A stretch of DNA of 63,486 nucleotides, the filler included, from Chiloscyllium plagiosum (taxonomy: Eukaryota): the NCBI RefSeq assembly GCF_004010195.1. It is 4 parts of one record of this genome, joined end to end, with 100 filler letters (N's around TTAATTAATTAA, not from the genome) between each part and the next. Parts side by side here need not be neighbours in the genome. Positions count along the whole stretch, not along the records: positions 30,559 to 49,981 come from NC_057712.1; 3 more parts are not named here. One strand, 5' to 3'. A program made the position numbers and the translations under genes. Shown here piece after piece: positions 37,370-50,081 of the stretch; the first letter of the stretch is position 1, and each line of letters starts with the position of its first letter. The notes beneath the pieces were generated by a model. The model was not told the origin of the DNA, did no database searches, and was given only the letters and a program-made list of their open reading frames with translations.

Positions 37370-40310
37370 TAAGGTTTAGAGAGTAGAGTACTCTGGGGTA
37401 CCGTCCACAGTATCGGACCTTATTTAACAAGGATTATGAATGCATAGGTGGCAATTCAGAGAAAATCTACTAGACTAATACCTGGAACTGGATGTTGTCT
37501 TCTGAAGAAAGGTTGCACAGGATCAGGACTGTATTTGCTGGCGTTTAGAAGTGTAAATGTTGACTTGATTGCAATATAGGACTTTTACAGTTGATGATAG
37601 GACCCTGGAGAGTGTTGTCAAACAGATAGACCAAGGGGTTCAGGTGTATAGTTCCTTAAAAGTTACTTCTTTTGTAGACAGGGTAGTCAAGAAGGCGTTC
37701 AGCATGCTTGGCTTCATTGTTCAAACCTTTGAGTATATGAATTGAGAAGTCAAATTGAGGTTGTACAGGACATTGGTGAGGCTTCTTCTGGAGTACTGTA
37801 TAAAGTTCTGGTTGCCCTGCTATAGGGAAGGATATTATTAAATTAGAGAGCGTTCAGAGATTTACCAGGATGTTGCTGGGAATGGAGGGTTTGGGTTATA
37901 AGGCGAGGCTGAAAAGGCTGGCACTTTCACTGTTGTAGGAGGTTGAGGGGTGACTTTAACAAGGTTTATAAAATCATGAGGGGCATAGATAAAGTGAATA
38001 GCAAGGATTGTTTTTTCCCTAGGGTGAGATAGTTCAATTCTAGGTAAGGTGAGAGGAGAAAGATTTCAAAGGGAGCTGAGGAACAAATTTCCCACACAGG
38101 GTGTGGTCCAGGAAGTGGTAGCTGCAGGTACAGTTATAATATGTAAACGATATTTGGACAGGTACATGAATTACAATGCTATTAGGCAGGACCTAGAGCA
38201 CCTAAACTGGGAGCCAATGTTCTCAGGGAAATGCACAACAGAAATTTAGATTAGATCCCCTGCAGTATGGAAACAGGCCCTTTGGCCCAACAAGACCCTC
38301 CAAAGAGTAACCCACCCAGACCCATTCCCCTACCCTATATTTACTCCTGACTAATGCACCTAACACTATGGGCAATTTAGCATGGCCATTTCACCTGACC
38401 TGCACATCTTTGGATGCAGACACGGGGAGAATGTGCAAACTCCACACAGCCAGTCGCCCGAGGTGGGACTCGAACCCGGGTCCCTGGCGCTATGAGGCAG
38501 CAGTGCCAACCATTGAGCCACTGTGCCGCCTAAAATATGCCATCTAAAAAATGTGGCGGTTGTTGAGGAATCACTTGCTGACAGTGCTGGACAGGTTTGT
38601 CACACTGAGGGAAAGAACGGATAGTAGATTGAAAGAACCTTGGGTGACAAGGAAAGTGGAATATCCGGTCAAGAGGAAGAAGGAAGCTTGAGGAGGCAAG
38701 GATCTGACAGGGTTTTAGAGGGTTACAAGGTAGCCAGGAAGGAACTGAAGAATGCACTTGGGTGAATTAGAAGGGGGCATGACAAAGCTTTAGTGAGTAG
38801 GATTAAGGAAAACCCTAAGGTGTTCTACACTTATATGAGGAACAAGAGGATGGCCAGAGTGAGGGTAGAGCTGATCGGGGATAGTGGAGGGAACTTGCGC
38901 CTGGAATCAGAGGAAGCTGGGGAGGTCCTTAATGAATACTTTGCTTCAGTATTCACTACTGAGAGGAACCTTGACGTTTCTGAGGACAACGTGAAATACA
39001 TTGATATGCTTGAACAGATTGATATTAGGAAAGATGACGTGCTGAAGGTTTTGAAAAACATAAGGTTTTCTGTATCCCATGCCTCCTTACTTTCTGAATG
39101 AACCCACCATGGGGAACCTTATCAAAAGCCTTGCTGAAATCAATGTACTCTGCATTCACCTGTCTGTCTGGATACAAAGTTGGCTGGCCCATAGAAGATA
39201 AGAGGGTGGTCAATGGAAAGTAGTCTGCCTGGAGCTCAGTGACCAGCGGTGTTCCACAGGGATTGATCTGGGACCTCTGCTCTTTGCGATTTTCACGAAT
39301 GACTTGGATGAGGAAGTGGAAGGGTGAGTTAGTAAGTTTGCCGATGACACAAAGGTGTATGGAGGGCTGTTGTAGGTTGCAATGAGACATTGACAGGATG
39401 CAAAACTGGGCAGATAAGTGGCAGATGGAGTTCAACCTGGAAAAGTGTGGAATCATTCACTCTGGAAGGTTGAATTTGAATGCAGAACACAGGGTTAAAG
39501 ACAGGATTATTGGCAATGTGGAGGAACAGAGGGATCTTGGGGTCCATGTCCAAAGATCCCTCAAAGCTGCCACCCAAGTTGATAGGGTTGTAAAGAAAGA
39601 ATATGGTGTGTTGGCTTTCATTAGCAGGGAGATTGAGTTTAAGAGCTGTGAGGTTATGCTCTATAGATTCCTGGTTAGACTGCACTTGGAATATTGTGTT
39701 CAGTTTTGGTTGCCTCATTATAGGAAAGATGTGGAAGCTTTAGAGAGGGTGCAGAGGGAGATTTACCAAGATGCTGCCTGGACTGGAGAGCATGTCTTAT
39801 GAAGAAAGATTGAGGGAACTAGGGCTTTTCTCAGTGGAATGTAAGGAGATGAGAGGTGATTTGGTAGAGGTGTACAAGATGTTGAGAGCCCGGAGACTTC
39901 TTCCCAGGGCAGAAATGTCTATCATGAGGGGACATAATTTTAAGGTAATTGGAGGAAGGTTTAGGGGAGAAGTCAGAGGTAGGTTCTTTACTCAGAGATT
40001 GGTGGCACATGGAATGCACTGCCAACAGTGGTAGTAGAGTCAGATGCATTAGGGACATTTAAGCGATTCTTGGATAGGCACATAGGAGTTAGTACAATGA
40101 AGGTTATGTAGACTAGTCTGATCTTAGAGTAGGATAGAAGGCCGACACAGCATCGAGGGCCAAAATGCCTGTACTGTGCTGTACTGTTCTATGTTCTATG
40201 TATGGATCGGAAAGGTTTAGATGGATATAGGACTAGTTTAGTTTGGAAACCTGTTGGCATGAATGAGTTTAACTGAAGGGTCTGTTTTTGTGTTGTATGA
40301 CTCAATGATT
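37370..40310 (+). mobile_element. Cluster of nested CR1 fragments (younger CR1 ~38171-40200 inside the 3' end of an older CR1)
   Basis: [30 protein letters not shown]; the older tail resumes at ~40200. Confidence 0.82.
38246..38530 (-). mobile_element. HE1-type V-SINE
   Basis: Reverse complement of the 6926-7237 family, with an internal deletion. Confidence 0.88.
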
Positions 40311-40369
40311 TTGTGTAAGATTCTGACAGGGTAGATATGGAGGGAATGCTTTGTCTTCTGTGAGCATCT

Positions 40370-41111
40370 AGTAACATGACAAGTAACATTTATGCCACAC
40401 AAATGTCAGGCTATGACCATCACCAATAAGAGACAATCTAACCACTACTGCTTGACATTCAATAGCGTTAGCATCACTGAATCCCCTACTATCAATATTC
40501 CGTGAGTTATCATTGATCAGAAAATTAGCTGGACACACCACATAAACAAAGTGGCTATAAAGCAAATCAGAGGTTAGGAATACTGTGGCAAGTAACTCAC
40601 CTCCTGACTCCTCAAAGCCTGATAACCATCTACAAGGCACAAGTCAGGAGTGCAATGTAATATTCCCCACTTACCTGGCTGAGAGCAGCCCCACTAACAC
40701 TAAAGAAGCTTGGTACTATCAAGGACACAGCCACTCCATCCACTACCAACACTCAGTAGCAGCAGTATGTACTATCTACAAGAAGTTCACCAAAGATCCT
40801 CTGACAGCATCTCCCAAACCCACAACCATCTAGAAGGACAAGGGCAGCAGATACATGAGAACACCACCACCTTCAATTTCCCTTCAAGCCACTCACCATC
40901 CTGATCTGAAAATATATTGCTGTTCCTTCACTGTCGCTGGGCCAAAATCCTGGAATTCCCTCCCTACTGGCATTGTGGGTCAACCCCACAGCAGGTGACT
41001 GCAGCAGTTCAAGGAGGCAGTTTATCATCACCTTTTCAAGGGGCAACTAGGGACGGGCAATAAATGCTGGCCAGCCAGCAATGCCCACATCCCATTAAAT
41101 GAATTTAAAAA
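40370..41111 (+). mobile_element. LINE family B (CR1/L2 group) 3' part
   Basis: atctacaaggcacaagtcaggagt (YKAQVRS); tail gggcaataaatgctggccagccagcaatgcccacatcccattaaatgaatttaaaaaa. Confidence 0.8.
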
Positions 41112-41247
41112 ATGTTACTCTTTAATATCAGCAGTTCATATTACTATGAATGGCTACCTGTATTCCCTACGTTGTTGTGAAGCTGTGTTACCTGAAATAT
41201 CAATTTATAAAATCATCACCGGTTATATGTAAATACTTTAGATATGG

Positions 41248-42105
41248 AGTCATAGAGTCATAGAGATGTACAGCACAGAAACAGACCCTTCGGTTCAACC
41301 TGTCCATGTTGACCAGATATCCCAACCCAGTCTAGTCTCACCTACCAGCACCTGGCACATATCCCTCTAAACCCTTCCTATTCATATACCCATCCAAATG
41401 CCTTATAAATGTTGCAATCGTACTAGCCTCCACCACTTTCTCTGGCAGCTCATTCCATACATGTACCACCCTCTGTGTGAAAGAGTTGCCATTTAGGTCC
41501 CTTTTATATGATTAGATTAGATTACTTACAGTGTGGAAACTGGCCCTTTGGCCCAACAAGTCCACACCGACCGTCTGAAGAGCAACCCACCCAGACACAT
41601 TCCTCTACGTTTACCCCTTCACCTAACATTACGGGCAATTTAGCATGGCCAACTCATCTAACCTGCACATTTTTGGACTGTGGGAGGAAACCGGAGCACC
41701 TGGAGGAAATCCTCGCAGACACGGGGAGAATGTGCAAACTCCACACAGACAGTTGCCCGAGGCGAAAATTGAACCCGGGTCTCTGACACTGTGAGGCAGC
41801 TGTACTAACTGCTGTGCCATCATGCCTCCCTGTCTTTCCCCTCTCACCCTAAACCTATGCCCTCTAGTTCTGGACTCCCTCACCCCAGGGAAGAGACTTT
41901 GTCTATTTATCCTATCTATGCCCCTCATTATTTTATAAACCTGTATAAGGTCACCCCTCAGCCTCTGACGCTCCAGGGAAAACAGCCCCAGCCTATTCAA
42001 CCTCTCCCTATAGCTCAAATTCTCCAACCCTGGCTACATCCTTGTAAATCTTTTCTGAACTCTTTCAAGTTTCACAGTATCCTTCCGATAAGAGGGAGAC
42101 CAGAA
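41248..42105 (-). mobile_element. CR1 3' fragment
   Basis: LSYRERLNRLGLFSLE; tail catagagtcatagag. Confidence 0.88.
41510..41830 (-). mobile_element. HE1-type V-SINE inserted in CR1
   Basis: (attag)n tail, V-domain and tRNA head on minus strand. Confidence 0.88.
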
Positions 42106-43099
42106 TTTAAAAGAACACTTCAAAACAAATGATAGTGCAAAACAAGTTGCAGTTGCACAAAAAAAACCAATATGCTTTACTGGAATAAACCAAATCCATG
42201 ACAGTTTATGAGAGAGCTCACATGATCCAGTGTGTGGATATACAATATATCGGTTTGGAGAAAGTCATTGTAGAAACAACCATTGCCCTCTCTCATTCTC
42301 TGAAAGCCCTCTCATCAAAACTGGGGATTTGAAAAATCACATCGCTGCAAGTGGAGAGTGCTTAAGAATTCTGAATCAACACCACTGACTCCAGAAAAAG
42401 GAATGCAACCAGTAGCAACCAGTCATAACTGATCCAGGAAAAAAACCTCAGCAACAGAAATTCACATGAGAAATAGGTCTAGCTTCAGACCAACATTTGA
42501 AACAACGTGTGAATCTCTTCTTCGTTTAACTACTATTTGGCCAGAGGGTGAGTGTGAGGTTTCCACAAGTAGTTAGATATATTTTTAAACTTTTGTTAAT
42601 TATATTCGCAACTTTGTTGTGGCCATTGGAGGAGTGGGCCAAGGAAAGTTCCCTTCTCCTAATTTAGTCATAACATCATGTTCAGAGAGAATTAAAGGTG
42701 TGCGATTTTTGAGCAGTTCTTCAGCTTTGGCTTGTCAAAGTAATTTTCCAACCTTTACTGCTCGTAAGGAGCTTTATTTCCAAAAGGCTATATTGAAAAT
42801 TTGGGTACATACTGCACAAGACCTCCGAGTAGGCATTCCCATAAGACAAGATGCCCTCTTGTGAGGGTTGAAATATCCTCAAATGATGACCAAATTGTTA
42901 GATACTATGTACTTACATAATGCTGTCAAAGCAGAAAAGTACTCTTGAAATATATGTTGAAGGACAAAATGTGTAGTGACAGATATGTGCCCAGCCTGCA
43001 GGTTATTCAAACTGTTTGTAATTGACTGTGGTTCTGCTATGTACAATGATTTTTGAAGATGTGAGTAACTCATGATGATTAATTGTACATTGAATGTGT

Positions 43100-44765
43100 A
43101 CCCTCATGCATATCCATATTTCAGCAGGGTACCTAGTTTTATGTCATCCACAAATTTGGAAATATTACATTCTGTCTCTACATCCAACTCATTGATATAG
43201 GCTGTGAACAGCTCATCAAGTGCTCATCCTTGCATTGCACCACGAGTAACAGCCTGCCACTCTAGGGGTGATCTATTTATTCTGACTCTGTTTTTTGTCT
43301 GTTATCCAATTCTCAATCCATAGCAGTATATTTCCATCTATCCTGTGTGCTCTAATTTTGTTAACCAACTTCTTGCATGCAACCTTATCAAAAACCTGCA
43401 AATCTAAATACATGTTGTCTTTCATCAATATTACAGGTAACAGCTTCAAACACCCCAACAGATTTCATGAACAGGCCTTCCCTTTCATATAACCTTATTG
43501 ACTCTACTCAATCATATCACTATATTTTAACTGTCCCGCAATCATATCTTTTACAGTAAATTCAAATACTTTCCCTAAAATTACATCAAAGTAACAGGTC
43601 TATAGTATTCCTTTTCCTCTCTTATACCCTTCTTAAATAGTAAGGTTATATTCATTAGTTTAGTCTGCAGGAACCTTTCTAGAATCTATACAATTTTGAA
43701 AGTTAAACAACAATGCAGCCATTATCTCTCTAGCCACTTCCTTCAACAAACTAGGATGTAGCTTATCTGATCCAGGGGATTTCAATCCAATTATTTTTCA
43801 CGTGCTGCCTTTTCAGTAATGCTATTATTTTCCTGTTCATCATTTCACAAGTTTGTTAGTTGTCCAGTGTGTCTGGAATATTTCCAGTATCTTCCTCCTT
43901 GAAGACAGACCCAAATTAATTGTTTAGAGTTTTTCCAGCATTTCCCCATTCTCCATTTTAGATTCTCCTGTCTCTGCCTGTAGACGATCCCCATTTGGCC
44001 TTGTCAATTTTTTTTTCACATAAAGAAAAGCATTTGAAGTCTATCATTATGTTATTCACTTACTTGTACTCATATTCTCTTTTCTTTATCAGTTTCTTGC
44101 CCATCCTTTGATTTCAGAACCCAATCTCAGCATGAAATATATCAGTTTCAAACTTAACGTAAAACTCTATCATATTATGCTCACTATTTCCGAATGGTTC
44201 ATTTGCAGCAAGGTTATTAATTATCACTTTGTCATTCCATCATACTACATCTAAAATGGCATGATTATTAGTTGGTTCCTTAACATGCTTTTCCAAAGCT
44301 CATCTTATTCACACTCCAGTAAGTTATCCTCCACAACATTGGTACTTATTAGATTTGTCTAGTCTATGTGTAATTTGAAGTCACCCATTATTACTGCATT
44401 ATTCAAGTTACAGATAGTTCTAATTTCCTAAGATATAACATATCCAACATTACCAAAACAATTTGATGGCCTAAAAACAATTCCCACAGTGTTTGCTGCC
44501 CATTGCTGTTGCTTAGCTCCTCCCAAACTAGTTCGACACCTCAGTCTTTCAATCTGACATCCTGTTTCATTAATATGTTGATCTGTTCCCTTACTTACAA
44601 TGCTACCTGACATTTTCCCCTGTGTCCATCCATCCTCAAAATAGCTTTGTGTATTTAGTTCTCAATCATTGTTACCCTGTAACGATGGCTCCATTATGGC
44701 AATTAAATCATATTCATTTATCTTTACTTGTGCCTTTAAGTCATCTACCTTCTTATCAGTTGCAA
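43100..44765 (-). mobile_element. Old decayed CR1 ORF2
   Basis: LDLQVFDKV...WIENW, remnant FVDD and GDF motifs. Confidence 0.7.
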
Positions 44766-45591
44766 TCAACCCGATTCTTTGGAGAGATCGTTCGGGATGG
44801 GTAGCACTATTCTATCACTTTCACACACTCACATGTCCAGTCATCTCTGTTACTTGGTTAAAGCCTAGATTTTGCTTTCAGGCTAGATTTTTTTCATTTT
44901 ATTTTTAGCTAGCCCTAGAAAATTTCAGGCAATCAGCTCAGTACAATGAGTAAAAATCCATTCCCAGCACCATTTCACTGGGATTGGAATACAGTCTTTT
45001 ATTGTTCCAGCAGGAACTAAACATCAGATTGAGAGTACACACTTACATAAACTCACATAATGAAGCCATTTTAACTGCCGTTCTACTAGTGGAAGCTGAA
45101 CATATGCTTCTAGACAATGGGGAAGAATTTTTTCTCACTTGCACCCAGTTTCCAGGAGAGAAATACAAGATAATCGGGTCAATGTGTGAACACAGTCATC
45201 TGTGCTTGATTTTCTCGTTGCCTGATGTAGCCTCTGTGCCTCTAAAACAGTTTCCATGATCCTGGCATATGCTATGTCAAGCCTACTGCCTATCCTAGGG
45301 CTATGCTGCCAGTTTAGCATCAATTGAGCTAAGTTACATTCACAGGTCTGACTTTGACTGACTAGTAGTTCTTAACAGGACTTCAGGTAGCCACCAAGGA
45401 ACAGAAAAGATTATTAGTTTTTCCTCACCTTTAACATGGAATCAGAATAATCAGGGATTCATCATCTTTCTGCTACTCCACACCATCCAACCATTCTCAG
45501 GAATTAGATACAGGTCAACTTTGTCACCCAAGGCAGCTAATTTTAACAGGGCATAAACCATCAACCTGCAATGAGAATGCTCAATTTAAAT

Positions 45592-45799
45592 CTGAAAACA
45601 ACAAATGCTGCAGATCCCAGTGGGTCAGACAGTATCCATGGAGCTAGAGCAAGCTAAAGTTTTGAGTTTAGATGTGATGAAGAATCAGCTAGACTCGAAA
45701 TGTTAGTTTGCTCTCTCTCAGTGGATGCTGCCTGACCCACTGGGATCTCCAGCATTGGTGTTTTCAGTACAGATTCCGACATCTGCAGTAGTTTGTTCC
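45592..45799. mobile_element. Palindromic mini-PLE (inverted pLTR arms around a hammerhead-like core)
   Basis: Arms 45592-45657 and 45703-45767 are reverse complements (gatcccagtgggtcag / ctgacccactgggatc); extra tail 45768-45799. Confidence 0.75.
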
Positions 45800-47994
45800 C
45801 TGGTTTACATCATTGGCTTCTGTGGAATCAGGTCCAATCCAACGCCCAATCTTGAGGGAGCCTCAAAGCTCTGTGTTTCAGGAACATCACCCTGTTTGTG
45901 CCAACTACACAATCCAAAAATCTTAGCCAATGTTACCAACCAGTGTCTTGTGGGTCATGAATACATCGTCGTGAACTTCCCAGTTACTTGCCTAACAATA
46001 ACCTTGTTAGTTAATATGGAAAACATGATGTGCGATTCCTAGTTTGCCAAAATAATGTGCCACTTTTTAATTTAGTCCCTAATAACGTTTATGGTATTTG
46101 GTTTATGCCAAATTCTGCAATTCGCTTGAATTCACCATGACATTGACTGCTGCAAGAAATTGAAATGTCTCTTTAGTGCAATAGATCTGGTTTCTTTTAT
46201 CAGGAGCTAATGTGCAATACTGATGAGAGAGCTTTCAAGAAATCTTACTCTGCGATTGTACTACACATCTGCCAAGAATGCTTGAAAGGCAAAAGGCAGG
46301 AAATGTTTGACTTAACATTCAGGATCTAAGTGTGTATAAAACATAATTTTAAAAAGTCTTGAATGTGGACAACATATATTACTTATCTCTATAAACTCTA
46401 TTAGCAGCTAAAATCAGTCATATTAGGCCGTCAAAATTCATCAATGCGACCTTTCTAAAATGAGTTGGATTATTTATTTGCACCTTCATCCTCCCTAACT
46501 CCTGGGAAGGCTTAAAAAAACACAGGCTGCTTTGTATTGGAAGAATGCCAAAAGATAAGTGTTTGGATTACGCTGAGTAATCCAGAGAGATAGATACAAT
46601 CCTATTACGGTGCCAGAAGTGAAAGTGAATGACTCTGCCAAGTATGTTTTCTTTAAAGTGCAATATCCTTTGTCCAAGGCTTTGATTTTCTGATGCATAA
46701 ACCGGAAAAAACATCCAAAGACAGAAAGAGGTTTATAATTTTTGAAATCAAGCATAATTGCAGGTTGTATGGACACATTTATGCAGCATATCTGCATACC
46801 CCACTATTTGCTGGAGATGGATTTTGTATTGTTAACAAAGTGATGAAAACAATTTTTATATATTTGTTACAAAGTCTTGTTTCTCTAAGGAACAGTAGTG
46901 CTATGTCATTTCCATAGCAGTCCAACATCCAGGAAAACACACATACTTCTCAATATTTAATGATAGAGTAGCATTCTCAAAGATGCAACAGTACGACTCT
47001 CAAGTAATCCAAACTGACCATCTCATTATTCACCACTGTCCTTGTGTGCTGACATTGTATTTTTTCAAAAGCAGGTTGAATCACTTATTTTCACACAGTC
47101 AGGTACAAATCATTACGTTGTTTGATTTTACAAGCAGCAAGTGGAAGAACAGAGTAAAACTAAAATAAAATCTCACATTGTTTAACTAATTAAGTGGGTA
47201 TAAATCAACACCAACACAGTACGTTAGATCCTTATTAAACTATACCATCAAACAACCAGCCAAGATCACAAGAGTAGTCAAGAAGAGAAAGGATCATTCG
47301 GTTTATTCTTTTAAGGCAACCACACATGAGAATGGCTCTTCTGACAAGATAAGCAATTTATTTGTAAGCTAACAATCGAAGCCTCCTTGACTTTTCTTTT
47401 TGAAATTAAACATAGGTTGTATTATGACTGATTCTTAATTCCTGTGATGAAGGATAAACGTCAGTAGGTATAAAAACAATTGATGATGCATAGACTAGCT
47501 TTAATCATTTACAGATATGGAACACTCAGCAAACACTGTTGTTACAATGATAGCCTCTGTACAATCTCCACTTCTGTGTAAATTTTGGAGCACAGCTTGT
47601 AAAGTGAATGTTAGGATCTGTTCTAATTCCCAGTGGATTTGTTTTATCAGATCTGAGACATACAGTCGATTCAAGGTTAGTGCACAACGTTGGACTATCT
47701 ACTCTATCTGTGTAGTTAAATACAACGGATCAAAATGTTCTTAATAAATAGTAATTACCTTATTACAATGGATCTATAGTTGGCATACCAGAAATCTAGA
47801 AGGTGAGGGGAGTTACACTAAACAATAATTCACAAATGTTGACGCAGTTTTGTCTCTTAGGGTAACAAGGGTTAAATTCTGGTTTTCTTATTTTATCTTT
47901 AAGCACCTGATAATATAAAAATGTGCTATTTTTGTTCCAATGCTCAGCCTAAGGTGTTTTTTTAAATTTTATTAGTCATTTTATTATCTATGTT

Positions 47995-48220
47995 ATAAGA
48001 ACTAGGAGCAGGAGTAGGCAATTCAGCCCCTCTAGCCTGCTCCGCCATTTAGTACAATCATGGCTGATCTCATCTCAGCCTCAACTTCACTTTCCTGCCT
48101 GTTCTCCATAACCCTTCAACCCATTACGAATTAAATACCTGAGTATCTCCTCCTTAAATTTATTCAGTGTCCACCACATTCTGGGATATAGAATTCCATA
48201 GATTCATGACCCTGTGAGGG
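47995..48220 (-). mobile_element. CR1 3'-tail fragment
   Basis: ataagaactaggagcaggagtaggcaattcagcccc. Confidence 0.78.
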
Positions 48221-49319
48221 TGACTACTGTTCAACTCAGCTTCACTGGCTGACAGAAAATAAATTCTATTTTGTAATTGAATCAAAGGATAAAGATATCA
48301 TTGGGCATCCATCCGTGGTTTTACGGTGAGCTGCTTTGTGTGTGAAAAGTTCCACATCAAATCCTGAGAGATTCCGCAGACATTCCCACAGACATTCCCA
48401 AAGACCTGCCTGAGTAAGGACGTGCCTACAACTGTGCCTACAGTGATTGCAGCAAATTATCATGGACCCCACATAGTGGAACACCATAAAAATTAGTGGG
48501 TGGGCCAAAAGAGGTGTGGGTTACTTAACCTAACATTTTGGCTGGTCATGAAGCATCTCCATCCATTTAAGGCAATGTTGAATTTATTAGTCAGATATCA
48601 CAGTGATGTCTAAAACATCTACCAATTTACTTTGATAACATAGTTCCCATCCCTTCCTCGTGTTTCCTTTTGGTGGAAGATGAGGACCAAGGCAGATATA
48701 GTAGGTAGGTTAAGCTACATGTAATCAGGTCTCTGCCTACTCACTGGTCCCCTCACAGCTTTGCCTGAAGACAGAGGCATACTTATCCATTTGTCAAAGA
48801 AGTAGTTAATTGGCAGGATAGATCAATCATAGAGGCCATAACAAGGTAATGTGGTATGTTACCAGGATACCTGCATCTTACGGCCACAGCACTTTCAGTG
48901 CCCATCAAGGTCAAAGCCTACCTTAATTTAAATGTTTCTGTGTCAATTTAGGGTGTCACTGGGGAAACCAACAGCTTTAGCCAATCGGCAGCCTATTGAT
49001 GTACAAATAAGTAATTACATTTCCTTTTCCACAGGCAGAATGAGAGAGCTGCACAATGTTTGAGTAGCAGACTTTAGATTACACCAACACACTTCACTGC
49101 ACAACATTGCTGCTGATGTGAATCAGAAAAAGATTCCGCTCTGAAAGTTCAACTTACTTCCAACTACCAACATCAAATTGTGCAAGTCAAAGTTTACATC
49201 CCAGGCAGTGGCATGACTTTGTTTTGAGACATCTGCCTTCCCTTCAATATATGACTTCAAAGTCAAGTGATAACTTCAAAGTAATGTAATTTCTAAATAT
49301 TTTCTGTATTCTTTTATGA

Positions 49320-49695
49320 CATAGGAATGTCACTGGCAAAGCCAACATTTGGCATAGCCCATCCCTAATTGTTCATGAACTGAATGGCTTGTTAAGTTAT
49401 ATCTGAGGGTGGCTAAGAGTCAACAATATAACTGTGGGTCAGGAATCACATGGAAGCCAGATCAGGTCAGGACAGCAGGTTTCCTTCTCTAAAGGACATT
49501 AGTGAAACAGATGTATTTTTACAACAAATAATGATAGTTTCATGGTTATCATTACTGAGACTAATATTCAATTCCAGATTTATTAATTGCATTTAAATTC
49601 CACCAGCAGGTAGAATGGGTATTTGAACCTGTTTCCCCAGAGAATTAGCCTGGGATTTTGAATTACTATTCCAGCAATACTAACACTACGCCACA
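49320..49695 (-). mobile_element. tRNA-derived SINE, family B
   Basis: Reverse complement of the 22150-22503 family; B-box rc ggttcaaat. Confidence 0.72.
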
Positions 49696-49805
49696 ATCAT
49701 TCCTTGAGATGAGGAAATTGCACAACTAAAGAATCTGAGATCTGCAGCATTATACAGCCATTATATAATGATATAATAGCCAACACTTGGGCATGTAATA
49801 CCCTT

Positions 49806-49981
49806 CTGGATCAGTGGTGCTGGAAGAGCACAGCAATTCAGGCAGCATCCGAGGACAGGCAAAATCGACGTTTCGGCCAAAAGCCCTTCATCAGGAATAA
49901 AGGCAGAGAGCCTGAAACGTGGAGAGATAAGCTAGAGGAGGGTGGGGGTGGGGAGAGGGTGGCATAGGGTACAAAAGGTCA
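49806..49981 (-). mobile_element. PLE pLTR truncated by spacer, hammerhead core at 49865-49896
   Basis: Near-identical (rc) to 34620-34735. Confidence 0.82.
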
Positions 49982-50081
49982 NNNNNNNNNNNNNNNNNNN
50001 NNNNNNNNNNNNNNNNNNNNNNNNNTTAATTAATTAANNNNNNNNNNNNNNNNNNNNNNNNNNNNNNNNNNNNNNNNNNNN
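49982..50081. other. Artificial assembly spacer
   Basis: N44-TTAATTAATTAA-N44. Confidence 0.95.

Noticed and set aside
42130..42675. Possible old solo LTR ending in cataaca
   Set aside because: No matching 5' terminus or TSD identified.
46495..46797. 100-aa minus-strand ORF in unique sequence
   Set aside because: No recognisable motif and weak splice signals; not XDH-like.
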